Shown here in pieces: positions 10,701-20,993 of a stretch of DNA of 64,000 nt. The stretch comes from Heterodontus francisci. Taxonomy: Eukaryota. The position numbers and the translations under genes were made by a program. Location of the stretch: the NCBI RefSeq assembly GCF_036365525.1, contig NC_090389.1, positions 8,432,001 through 8,496,000 on the forward strand. Reading direction: 5' to 3'. The notes beneath the pieces are model-generated. The model was not told where the DNA came from and ran no database searches. It saw only the letters and a program-made list of their open reading frames with translations. The first letter of the stretch is position 1. Every line of letters starts with the position of its first letter.

Positions 10701-13548
10701 CTCGGCGTGAGCGTGTTGGGGTTTGCTCGGCGTGAGCGTGTTGGGGTTTGCTCGGCGTGAGCATGTTGGGGTTTGCTCGGCGTGAGCGTATTGGGGGTTT
10801 GCTCAGCGTGAGCGTGTTGGGGTTTGCTCAGCGTGAGCGTGTTGGGGTTTGCTCAGCGTGAGCGTGTTGGGGTTTGCTCAGCGTGAGCGTGTTGGGGTTT
10901 GCTCAGTGTGAGTGTATTGGGGTTTGCTCAGTGTGAGTGTGTTGGGGGTTGATCAGTGTGAGTGTGTTGGGGGTTTGATCAGTGTGAGTGTGTTGGGGTT
11001 TGCTCAGTGTGAGTGTATTGGGGTTTGCTCAGTGTGAGTGTATTGGGGTTTGCTCAGTGTGAGTGTATTGAGGTTTGCTCCTTGTGAGTGTGTTGGGGGT
11101 TTGCTTGGCGTGAGTGTGTTGGGGTTTGCTCAGTGTGAGTGTGTTGGGGGTTTGATCAGTGTGAGTGTATTGGGGTTTGCTCAGTGTGAGTGTGTTGGGG
11201 GTTTGATCAGTGTGAGCGTGTTGGGGTTTGCTCCGTGTGAGTGTGTTGGGGTTTGCTCAGTGTGAGCATGTTGGGAGTTTGCTCAGTGTGAGCGTATTGG
11301 GGGTTTGCTCAGTGTGAGTGTGTTGGGGTTTGCTCAGTGTGAGAGTGTTGGGGTTTGCTCAGTGTGAGTGTGTTGGGGTTTGCTCAGCGTGAGCGTGTTG
11401 GGGTTTGCTCAGCGTGAGCGTGTTGGGGTTTGCTCAGCGTGAGCGTGTTGGGGGTTTGCTCAGTGTGAGTGTATTGGGGTTTGCTCCGTGTGAGTGTATT
11501 GGGGTTTGCTCAGTGTGAGTGTGTTGGGGGTTGATCAGTGTGAGTGTGTTGGGGGTTTGCTCAGTGTGAGTGCGTTGGGGGTTTGCTCAGTGTGAGCGTG
11601 TTGGGGTTTGCTCAGCGTGAGCGTGTTGGGGGTTTGCTCAGTGTGAGTGTATTGGGGTTTGCTCAGTGTGAGTGTGTTGGGGGTTGATCAGTGTGAGTGT
11701 GTTGGGGGTTTGCTCAGTGTGAGTGCGTTGGGGGTTTGCTCAGTGTGAGTGTGTTGGGGTTTGCTCAGTGTGAGTGCGTTGGGGGTTTGCTCAGTGTGAG
11801 TGTGTTGGGGTTTGCTCAGTGTGAGTGTATTGGGGTTTGCTCAGTGTGAGTGTATTGGGGTTTGCTCAGTGTGAGTGTATTGAGGTTTGCTCCTTGTGAG
11901 TGTGTTGGGGGTTTGCTTGGCGTGAGTGTGTTGGGGTTTGCTCAGTGTGAGTGTGTTGGGGGTTTGCTCAGTGTGAGTGTATTGGGGTTTGCTCAGTGTG
12001 AGTGTATTGGGGTTTGCTCAGTGTGAGTGTATTGAGGTTTGCTCCTTGTGAGTGTGTTGGGGGTTTGCTTGGCGTGAGTGTGTTGGGGTTTGCTCAGTGT
12101 GAGTGTGTTGGGGGTTTGATCAGTGTGAGTGTATTGGGGTTTGCTCAGTGTGAGTGTGTTGGGGGTTTGATCAGTGTGAGCGTGTTGGGGTTTGCTCCGT
12201 GTGAGTGTGTTGGGGTTTGCTCAGTGTGAGCGTGTTGGGGTTTGCTCAGTGTGAGTGTGTTGGGGTTTGCTCAGTGTGAGTGTGTTGGGGTTTGCTCAGT
12301 GTGAGTGTATTGGGGTTTGCTCAGTGTGAGTGTATTGGGGTTTGCTCAGTGTGAGCGTGTTGCGGTTTGCTCAGTGTGAGTGTGTTGGGGTTTGCTCAGT
12401 GTGAGTGTATTGGGGTTTGCTCAGTGTGAGTGTATTGGGGTTTGCTCAGTGTGAGCGTGTTGCGGTTTGCTCAGTGTGAGTGTGTTGGGGTTTGCTCAGT
12501 GTGAGTGTATTGGGGTTTGCTCAGTGTGTGTGTATTGGGGTTTGCTCAGTGTGAGCGTGTTGGGGTTTGCTCAGTGTGAGTGTGTTGGGGTTTGCTCAGT
12601 GTGAGCATGTTGGGGTTTGCTCAGTGTGAGTGTATTGGGGGTTTGCTCAGTGTGAGTGTGTTGGGGTTTGCTCAGTGTGAGCGTGTTGGGGTTTGCTCAG
12701 TGTGAGTGTATTGAGGTTTGCTCCTTGTGAGTGTGTTGGGGGTTTGCTTGGCGTGAGTGTGTTGGGGTTTGCTCAGTGTGAGTGTGTTGGGGGTTTGATC
12801 AGTGTGAGTGTATTGGGGTTTGCTCAGTGTGAGTGTGTTGGGGGTTTGATCAGTGTGAGCGTGTTGGGGTTTGCTCCGTGTGAGTGTGTTGGGGTTTGCT
12901 CAGTGTGAGCATGTTGGGAGTTTGCTCAGTGTGAGCGTATTGGGGGTTTGCTCAGTGTGAGCGTGTTGGGGTTTGCTCAGTGTGAGTGTGTTGGGGTTTG
13001 CTCAGTGTGAGCGTGTTGGGGTTTGCTCCGTGTGAGTGTGTTGGGGTTTGCTCAGTGTGAGTGTGTTGGGGTTTGCTCAGTGTGAGCGTGTTGGGGTTTG
13101 CTCAGTGTGAGTGTATTGGGGTTTGCTCAGTGTGAGCGTGTTGGGGTTTGCTCAGTGTGAGTGTGTTGGGGTTTGCTCAGTGTGAGCATGTTGGGGTTTG
13201 CTCAGTGTGAGTGTATTGGGGGTTTGCTCAGTGTGAGTGTGTTGGGGTTTGCTCAGTGTGAGCGTGTTGGGGTTTGCTCAGTGTGAGTGTATTGGGGTTT
13301 GCTCAGTGTGAGCGTGTTGGGGTTTGCTCAGTGTGAGTGTGTTGGGATTTGCTCAGTGTGAGCATGTTGGGGTTTGCTCAGTGTGAGTGTATTGGGGGTT
13401 TGCTCAGTGTGAGTGTGTTGGCGTTTGCTCAGTGTGAGCGTGTTGGGGTTTGCTCAGTGTGAGTGTGTTGGGGTTTGCTCAGTGTGAGTGTATTGGGGGT
13501 TTGCTCAGTGTGAGCATGTTGGGGTTTGCTTAGTGTGAGTGTATTGGG

Positions 13549-14869
13549 CATTTGCTCTCTCTCCATTGTGGGTAAGAACCTGGTCATCAGGTGCGAGGCG
13601 CTCACGTTGTTGCTCTACGTGGCGCAGGTCTGGCCCATACCCCACTCCTGCGCCGTGGCAGTCACCCGAGCCATTTTCCGCTTCGTCTGGGGATCTAAAA
13701 TGGACCGGGTCCGGAGGGACACGATGTTCAAATCTCTGGACATGGGCGGGAAAAATGTACCCAACGTGGCCCTCATCCTGATGACCACCTTCGTGTGCGG
13801 CTGCATCAAGCTATGTGTAGATCCCCAGTACGCAAACTCCAAGTGTCACTACGTGCTGAGGGTCTATCTGTCCCCGGTGTTGCGAAGGATGGGCCTGGTC
13901 ACATTGCCGCGGAACGCACCATGCAGTTGGGCGGCGCCGTACCACCTATCCTTCGTGGAGCAGTTTCTGCGGAAAAACACCTTTGACCACCGGTCCATCA
14001 GGCAGTGGTCTGCACGGAATGTCCTCAAGGCCCTACGGGAAAAGGAAACGGTGGATCCTGTCGGATGGTTCCCCGAGCAGACCGTCAAAGTCATTTGGCG
14101 GAATGCCTCATCACCAGAACTTTCAAACAAGCACCAAGACGTAGCTTGGCTGGTGGTGAGAAGGGCCCTCCCCGTCAGATCCTTCATGCACACCCGAAGT
14201 CTCGCCCCCTCCGCACAGTGCCCCCGCGTTGGCTGTGGTGGGGAAGAGACGGTCGCCCACCTCCTCTTGGAATGTGCCTTTGCAAAGCAGGTGTGGAAAG
14301 AGATGCAGTGGTTTTTGTCAAGGTTCATCCCAAGCAGCTCTGTAACACAGGAGTCTGTGCTCTACGGGCTGTTCCCAGGGACGCACACCGAGACAAACAT
14401 CAACTGCTGCTGGAGGACTATCAATTCGGTGAAAGACGCCCTTTGGTCTGCCCGAAACTTGCTGGTCTTCCAGCGCAAAGAGTTGTCCACCACCGAATGT
14501 TGCAGACTGGCACATTCCAAGGTCCAGGACTACGTGCTGAGGGACGCACTAAAGCTTGGGGCAGCCGCAGCAAAGGCTCAATGGGGAAAGACCACAGTGT
14601 AAGGTTCCCCCACCAAGCTGGACTGAGGGGCTGGATCAATGGGAAACCCCTCGAACTGTATCGTTAATATTCTGAATTGCTGTAAATGTAAAACTGTAAT
14701 TGACATGACAATTGTGAAACGGAAGGGTTGGGAAGAAACTCATGACAGTATTGAAGGAAACTGATCTCCCTTGCAATGTTTGTATTTTTTGGTGCTGTTT
14801 GGAAACTGTTTGGCAATGTAATTTTTACAGATTTTTATGAATAAAGTATATTTTGGAAAAAAAAAAAAA
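13549..14869 (+). mobile_element. Tx1/L1-clade LINE, 5'-truncated, young
   Basis: Open frame to 14602 including the zf-RVT motif CPRVGCGGEETVAHLLLEC. The 3' UTR has AATAAA and a poly(A) tail at about 14857-14869. Confidence 0.9.
13550..14602 (+). CDS. C-terminal ~350 aa of Tx1-like ORF2 (post-RT region plus CCHC zinc finger); truncated, no true start
   Basis: Uninterrupted ORF-track entry 13526-14602. Its first codons come from the minisatellite. Confidence 0.7.
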   Translation: MCSLSIVGKNLVIRCEALTLLLYVAQVWPIPHSCAVAVTRAIFRFVWGSKMDRVRRDTMFKSLDMGGKNVPNVALILMTTFVCGCIKLCVDPQYANSKCHYVLRVYLSPVLRRMGLVTLPRNAPCSWAAPYHLSFVEQFLRKNTFDHRSIRQWSARNVLKALREKETVDPVGWFPEQTVKVIWRNASSPELSNKHQDVAWLVVRRALPVRSFMHTRSLAPSAQCPRVGCGGEETVAHLLLECAFAKQVWKEMQWFLSRFIPSSSVTQESVLYGLFPGTHTETNINCCWRTINSVKDALWSARNLLVFQRKELSTTECCRLAHSKVQDYVLRDALKLGAAAAKAQWGKTTV

Positions 14870-15660
14870 GTTTGCTCACTGTGAGTGTGTTGGGGTTTCC
14901 TCACTGTGAGTGTGTTGGGGTTCCCTCAGTGTGAGTGTGTTGGGGCTCTCTCTCTGTGTTAGTGTGTTTTGGGGTTTTCTCAGTGTGAGTGTGTTGGGGC
15001 TCTCTCAGTGTGAGTGCATTTTTGGGGTTACCTCAGTGTGAGTATGATTTGGGGTTCTTTCAGTGTGCTAATTTGGGGACACCAGTGAGTTATAAATTAC
15101 TAAACTTATGCATAAAATAGATTTGGTCATGAATAAATGTGTTTTTTCGAATAAATTGTTTTAACTTAGACAGATTATAAATATGAGAGAAGGATTTTAG
15201 AGGTACAATGATTTTATTCAATAAAACAGTATTTCATAAATGATAATTGAATACTTAACCTTTGAATATTTATGAACAACACTGAGTATGCATGTTATAT
15301 TAAATTCAATCCAACAAGTTTGATTTAGAAGATTAAAGTTCCTTGTAGAGGACTCTAAATCTGTTCTGTCTCGTGATTAGTTTTGCCAAGAATACAAAGT
15401 AATTTCAAAGCTACGTAAAACAGAAAATATAAGTATTGTATGAGAGAGTACAGAAACCTGTGAGCAGAAAGATAATGCTTTGCACCGAATATGGCAATGT
15501 CACCGGCAAACTCAGCATGAAGAAGCTGAATGATCAAAACCTATGATATAATCACCAACACATCACCATATCATCACCAACACATCACCATATCATCACC
15601 AACACATCACCATATCATCACCAACACATCACAATTTCATCACCAACACATCATCATTTC

Positions 15661-16123
15661 CTGTATATACCTGTGTAAAAGTCAATCTCGTGTAAAAGTC
15701 GACTCACGACTTTAGGCCAAAAAAATCTTGAATTTTTCCTATATCTCGTGTAAAAGTTATCCTTAACTTTCAGAGCCCTGACAGAACACTAGTATGTTCT
15801 GAATGTTCAGATAGGACCCCCACATTTTTTAATATTGTGCCAAGGAAGACCAACAAAGACCAGGTGGATGCGGTAAAGACAAAAGTCATGTTTAAATTGT
15901 ACCTAGTGGACGATTTTGTCGCTGAGGTTTGATCACATAATGCCGATATTGCAGTGGTTCCTAGCGGCCTTGCCAGTGGGATCCAACCATTAGATGTCAG
16001 TATCTGTTTATCTCCATCGTGGTTATCATTTTGTTAATAAAAGTTCGAAAATATGATTCGCGTAAAAGTTGACCCTCCCAAATTTGAGCTTCAAAAATTC
16101 AACTTTTATGCAAGTATATATAG
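15661..16123 (+). mobile_element. pogo/Tigger (Tc1-mariner) deletion derivative
   Basis: Imperfect TIRs ctgtatatacctgtgtaaaagtc / aacttttatgcaagtatatatag followed by TA. Internal DIAVVPSGLASGIQPLDVSI matches the pogo QPLDV motif. Confidence 0.75.
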
Positions 16124-16145
16124 TAATCATCAACACATCGACCAT

Positions 16146-17620
16146 TTCACAGAATCGTTACAGTGCAGAAGGAGGCCATTCGGCCCATTATGTTTGCACT
16201 GGGTCTCTGAAAGAGCAACTCCCTCAGTTCCAATCCTTTGCCTTCTCCCTTTCACCCTGCACATTCTTCCTTTTCATATAACTCTCTAATTCCCTTTTTA
16301 ATTGAACCTGCCTCCACCACACTCTCAGGCAGTGCATTCCAGACATTAACTACTCGCTGCATGAAAAAGTTTTTCCTCATGTCACTTTTGCTTCGCTTAC
16401 TAAATACTTTAAATCTGTGCCCTTTCATTCTCGATCCTTTCACGAGTGGGAACAGTTTCTCTCTATCTACTCTGTCCAGACCCCTCATGAATTTGAATAC
16501 TCAATCAAATCACCTCTCAGCCTTCTCTTCCCCAAGGAAAACAGTCCTAATGTCTCTATTCTATCTTCAAAACTGAAATTCCTCATCCCTGGAATCATTC
16601 TCGTGAATCTTTTCTGTACTCTCTCCAATGCCCTCACGTCTTTCCTAAAGTGCGGCGTCCAAAACTGGACACAATACTCCAGCTGAGGCCGAACTAGTTC
16701 AACAAAACTTCCTTGCTCTTGTACTCTATGCCCCTATTAATAAATCCCAGGATACTGTATGCTTTATTAGCCGCTCTCTCAACCTGTCCTACCACCTTCA
16801 ATGACTTATGCACATATACACCTAGGTCCCTCTGCTCCTGCACCCCCTTAGAATTGTACCCTTTATTCTATATGTCTCTCCATGTTCTTCCTACCAAAAT
16901 GAATCACTTCACATTTCTCTGCATTGAACTTCATTTGCCACCTCTCTGCCCATTCCACCAACTTGTCTATGTCCTTTTGAAGTTCTACATATCCTCCTCA
17001 AATTCACAATGCTTCCAAGTTTTGTATCATCTGCAAACTTTGAAATTGTGCCCTGTACACCAAGGGCTAGGTCATTAATATATATCAGGAAAAGCAAGGG
17101 TCCCAATACTGACCCCTGGGGAACTCCACTACAAACCTTCCTCCAGCCCGACAAACAACCATTAACCACTACTCTTTGTTTCCTGTCACTCAGCCAATTT
17201 TGTATGTTGCTACCGTCCCTTTTATTCCATGAGCTACAAGTTTGCTCACAAGTCTGTTGTGTGGTACTGTATCAAACACCTTTTCAAAGTCCAAGTACAC
17301 CACATAAACAGCATTGCTCTCATCAACCCTCTCTGTTACCTCCTCATAAAACTCCAGCAAGTTAGTTATACATGATTCTGCCTTAATAAATCCATGCTGG
17401 CTTTCCTTAATTAACTCGCATTTGTCCATGTGACTATTGATTTTGTCCCTAATTATTTTTTCTGGAAGTTTTCCTACCACCGAAGTTAAACTGACTGGCT
17501 TATCTTTACACCCTTTTTTAAACAAGGGCGTAACGTTTGCAATTCTCCAGTCCTCTGGCACCACCCCCGAGTCTAAGGAAGACTGAAAAATTATGGCCAG
17601 TACCTCTGCGATTTCCGCCC
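16146..17620 (-). mobile_element. CR1 (HER1-like) LINE, RT and 3' end, decayed
   Basis: ORFs contain [36 protein letters not shown] and KFADDTKL, followed by a CR1 3' tail. Confidence 0.92.
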
Positions 17621-17942
17621 TGTTGATCACCAACAGATCCACGATATAACCACCAAAGACATGAACCATATAATCACCAACACATCATCATAATAATCAT
17701 GAACGCATCTACTATCTAATCACCAATGGATCACTATATATTCACAAACACATAATCGAGTAATCATCCAAAACGTCACCATATAATCTCCAACACAGCT
17801 CCATATCATCACCAACTCATCACTATATCATAGAACATATAGAACATAGAACATAGAACATACAGCACAGAACAGGCCCTTCGGCCCACAATGTTGTGCC
17901 GATCCTTTGTCCTCTGTCAAGGACAATTTAATCTATACCCCA

Positions 17943-20858
17943 TCATTCTCCTTTATCCATATACCTATCCAAAAGCCTTTTGAAAGTCCCTAAAGTTTCT
18001 GACTCAACAACTTCCCCGGGCAAGGCATTCCATGCCTCGACCACTCTCTGGGTAAAGAACCTTCCCCTGACATCCCCCTTATATCTCCCACCCTTCACCT
18101 TAAATTTATGACCCCTTGTAACGCTTTGCTCCACCCGGGGAAAAAGTTTCTGACTGTCTACCCTATCTATTCCCCTGATCATCTTATAAACCTCTATCAT
18201 GTCACCCCTCATCCTTCTCCTTTCTAATGAGAAGAGGCCTAGAATGTTCAGCCTTTCCTCGTAAGACTTATTCTCCATTCCAGGCAACATCCTGGTAAAT
18301 CTCCTCTGCACCCTCTCCAAGGCTTCCACATCCTTCCTAAAATGAGGCGACCAGAACTGCACACAGTACTCCAAATGAGGCCTTACCAAGGTCCTGTACA
18401 GCTGCATCATCACCTCACGGCTCTTAAATTCAATCCCTCTGCTAATGAACGCTAACACCCCATATGCCTTCTTCACAGCCCTATCCACTTGAGTTGCAAC
18501 TTTCAATGATCTATGCACATAGACCCCAAGGTCTCTCTGCTCCTCCACATGCCCAAGAACCCTACCGTTAACCCAGTATTTTGCATTCATGTTTGTCCTT
18601 CCAAAATGGACGACCTCACACTTTTCAGGGTTAAACTCCATCTGCCACTTTTCAGCCCAGCACTGCAACCTATCCAAGTCCCTTTGCAGACGACAATAGC
18701 CCTCCTCGGTATCCACAACTCCACCAACCTTTGTATCATCTGCAAATTTACTGACCCACCCTTCGACGTCCTCATCCAAGTCGTTAATAAAAATCACAAA
18801 GAGGAGAGGACCCAGAACTGATCCCTGCGGCACGCCACTGGTAACTGGGCTCCAGGCTGAGTACTTACCATCTAAGACCACTCTCTGCCTTCTATCAGTT
18901 AGCCAATTCTTAATCCAACTGGCCACATTCCCCACTATCCCATGCCTCCTGACTTTCTCCATAAGTCTACCATGGGGGACCTTATCAAATGCCTTACTAA
19001 AATCCATGTACACCACATCCACTGGTTTACCCTCATCCACTTGCTTGGTCACCTGCTCAAAGAATTCAATCAGGCTTGTGAGGCAAGACCTACCCCTCAC
19101 AAAACCGTGCTGACTGTCCCGAATCAAGCAGTGTCTTTCCAGATGCTCAGAAATCCTATCCCTCAGCACCTTTTCCATCAACTTGCCTACCACCGAAGTA
19201 AGACTAACTGGCCTGTAATTCCCAGGGTTGTTCCTATTCCCTTTCTTGAACAGGGGCACAACATTTGCCACCCTCCAATCACCTGGTACCACCCCCGTCA
19301 GCAGAGAAGATGAAAAGATCATTGCCAGCGGCTCTGCAATTTCATCCCTTGCTTCCCATAACATCCTTGGATATACCCCGTCAGGCCCGGGAGACTTGTC
19401 TATCTTCAAGTTATTCAAAAACCCCAACACATCTTCCCTCCTAACGAGCACTTCCTCGAGCTTACCAGTCTGCTTCCCACCGTCCTCTTCAGTAATACAC
19501 CCCTTCTCATTCGTAAATACCGAAGAGAAGTACTCATTCAAAACCTCACTTATCTCTTCCGGCTCAACACACAGTCTCCCGCTATTGTCCTTGACCGGAC
19601 CTACGGTCCCCCTAGTCATCCTCATATTTCTGACATACGCGTAAAAGGCCTTGGGGTTTTCTTTTATCCTACCCGCCAAGCATTTTTCATGCCCTCTCTT
19701 AGCTCTCCTAATCCCTTTCTTCAGATCCTTCCTGGCCATCTTGTATCCCTCCAGAGCTATGCCTGTGCCCTTTTTCCTCAACTTTATATACGCATCCTTC
19801 TTCTTCCTAACAAGACTCTCAACCTCTCTTGTCAACCACGGTTCCCTCACATGACCATCCCTTCCCTGTCTGACAGGGACATGCTTATCAATGGCCCCTA
19901 CTATCTGCTCCTTGAAAAAGTTCCACATTTCGACCGTGCCCTTCCCTGCCAGCATATGCTCCCAACTTATGCTCCTCAGTTCCTGCCTGACAGCATCATA
20001 TCTACCCTTCCCCCAATTGTAAACCTTGCCCTGTTGCACATACCTATCCCTCTCCATTACCACAGTGAATGCTACAGAATTGTGATCACTATCTCCAAAG
20101 TGCTCGCCCACCAACAGCTCTATCACTTGCCCTGGTTCATTACCTAGTACCAAATCCAATATTGCCTCCCCTCTGGTCGGGCAGTCTACATACTGAGTCA
20201 GAAAAGCTTCCTGGACATACTGCACAAACACTACCCCATCCAAACTATTCGATCTAAAGAGTTGCCAATCAATATTTGGGAAGTTGAAATCCCCCATAAT
20301 TACTACCCTGTGACTTCTGCTCCTTTCCAAAATCTGTTTCCCAATCTGCTCTTCCACCTCCCTGCTGCTATTGGGGGGCCTATAGAAAACTCCCATCAAG
20401 GTGACTGCTCCTTTCCTGTTCCTGACCTCAACCCACAGTGCCTCAGTCGGCAGATCCTCCTCGAAAATTCTTTCAGCAGTTGTTACACTATTTCTAACTA
20501 ACAATGCCACCCCCCCACCTCTTTTACCACCATTCCTAATCTTATGAAAACATCTATAACCAGGTAGCTCCAAAAACCATTCCTCCCCCTCACCTATCCA
20601 CGTTTCAGTGATGGCCACAACATCGTAGTCCCAAGTGCCCATCCACGCCTTCAATTCACTCACCTTATTCCTGATGCTTCTTGCGTTGAAGTATACGCAC
20701 TTTAACCCTTCTCCGTGCCCATCTGTCCTCTGCGACAGTGCTACCTTCCCGAATACCTCACTACACTCTTTGTCTTTCTGAGTGGACCCACTGGTCCCTG
20801 GATTACAAGTCCGGTTCCCATCCCCCTCCCAAACTAGTTTAAACCCTCCCGAACAGTA
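17943..20858 (-). CDS. CR1 ORF2: APE endonuclease plus reverse transcriptase, uninterrupted (stop-to-stop frame of 971 codons)
   Basis: The ORF track gives 906 aa from 20663. The frame stays open upstream through LKCVYFNARSIRNK to a TAG at 20859-20861. Motifs: [37 protein letters not shown]. Confidence 0.92.
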   Translation of the reverse strand, partial: YCSGGFKLVWEGDGNRTCNPGTSGSTQKDKECSEVFGKVALSQRTDGHGEGLKCVYFNARSIRNKVSELKAWMGTWDYDVVAITETWIGEGEEWFLELPGYRCFHKIRNGGKRGGGVALLVRNSVTTAERIFEEDLPTEALWVEVRNRKGAVTLMGVFYRPPNSSREVEEQIGKQILERSRSHRVVIMGDFNFPNIDWQLFRSNSLDGVVFVQYVQEAFLTQYVDCPTRGEAILDLVLGNEPGQVIELLVGEHFGDSDHNSVAFTVVMERDRYVQQGKVYNWGKGRYDAVRQELRSISWEHMLAGKGTVEMWNFFKEQIVGAIDKHVPVRQGRDGHVREPWLTREVESLVRKKKDAYIKLRKKGTGIALEGYKMARKDLKKGIRRAKRGHEKCLAGRIKENPKAFYAYVRNMRMTRGTVGPVKDNSGRLCVEPEEISEVLNEYFSSVFTNEKGCITEEDGGKQTGKLEEVLVRREDVLGFLNNLKIDKSPGPDGVYPRMLWEARDEIAEPLAMIFSSSLLTGVVPGDWRVANVVPLFKKGNRNNPGNYRPVSLTSVVGKLMEKVLRDRISEHLERHCLIRDSQHGFVRGRSCLTSLIEFFEQVTKQVDEGKPVDVVYMDFSKAFDKVPHGRLMEKVRRHGIVGNVASWIKNWLTDRRQRVVLDGKYSAWSPVTSGVPQGSVLGPLLFVIFINDLDEDVEGWVSKFADDTKVGGVVDTEEGYCRLQRDLDRLQCWAEKWQMEFNPEKCEVVHFGRTNMNAKYWVNGRVLGHVEEQRDLGVYVHRSLKVATQVDRAVKKAYGVLAFISRGIEFKSREVMMQLYRTLVRPHLEYCVQFWSPHFRKDVEALERVQRRFTRMLPGMENKSYEERLNILGLFSLERRRMRGDMIEVYKMIRGIDRVDSQKLFPRVEQSVTRGHKFKVKGGRYKGDVRGRFFTQRVVEAWNALPGEVVESETLGTFKRLLDRYMDKGE

Positions 20859-20993
20859 CTAGCAAACCTCCCTCCCAGGATATTGGTGCCCCTCTGGTTC
20901 AGATGCAGCCCGTCCTGTTTGAACAGGTCCCATCTTCCCCAGAATGCAGTCCAATTATCCAAGAACTGGAAGCCCTCCCTCCTACACCATTCC
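20834..20993 (-). pseudogene. C-terminus of CR1 ORF1 (SGNH hydrolase-like)
   Basis: WCRREGFQFLDNW...DGLHLNQRGTNILGGRF...EGLN*. Confidence 0.85.

Larger units (their letters stand above)
9755..15065 (+). repeat. 25-26 bp G/T-rich minisatellite (gtgtgagtgtgttggggtttgctca)n, split by a Tx1 insertion
   Basis: Roughly 150 direct tandem units in 9755-13548. More degenerate units resume at 14870-15065. Confidence 0.97.
17829..20993 (-). mobile_element. Young CR1 LINE, 5'-truncated within ORF1, with a (tgttcta)n tail
   Basis: Intact ORF2, the SGNH-esterase end of ORF1, and a tandem tail at 17829-17860. Confidence 0.97.

Noticed and set aside
9725-12908. ORFs of SVSVLGFAQCECVG type
   Set aside because: They are translations of the minisatellite and have no gene features.
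9755-13548. CRISPR-like or telomeric (TTGGGG) array
   Set aside because: There are no unique spacers and no TTAGGG tandem; it is a plain 25-mer VNTR in a vertebrate context.
18513-20501. Plus-strand ORFs overlapping CR1 ORF2, and similar antisense ORFs over other LINEs
   Set aside because: These are antisense shadows of the RT coding sequence.
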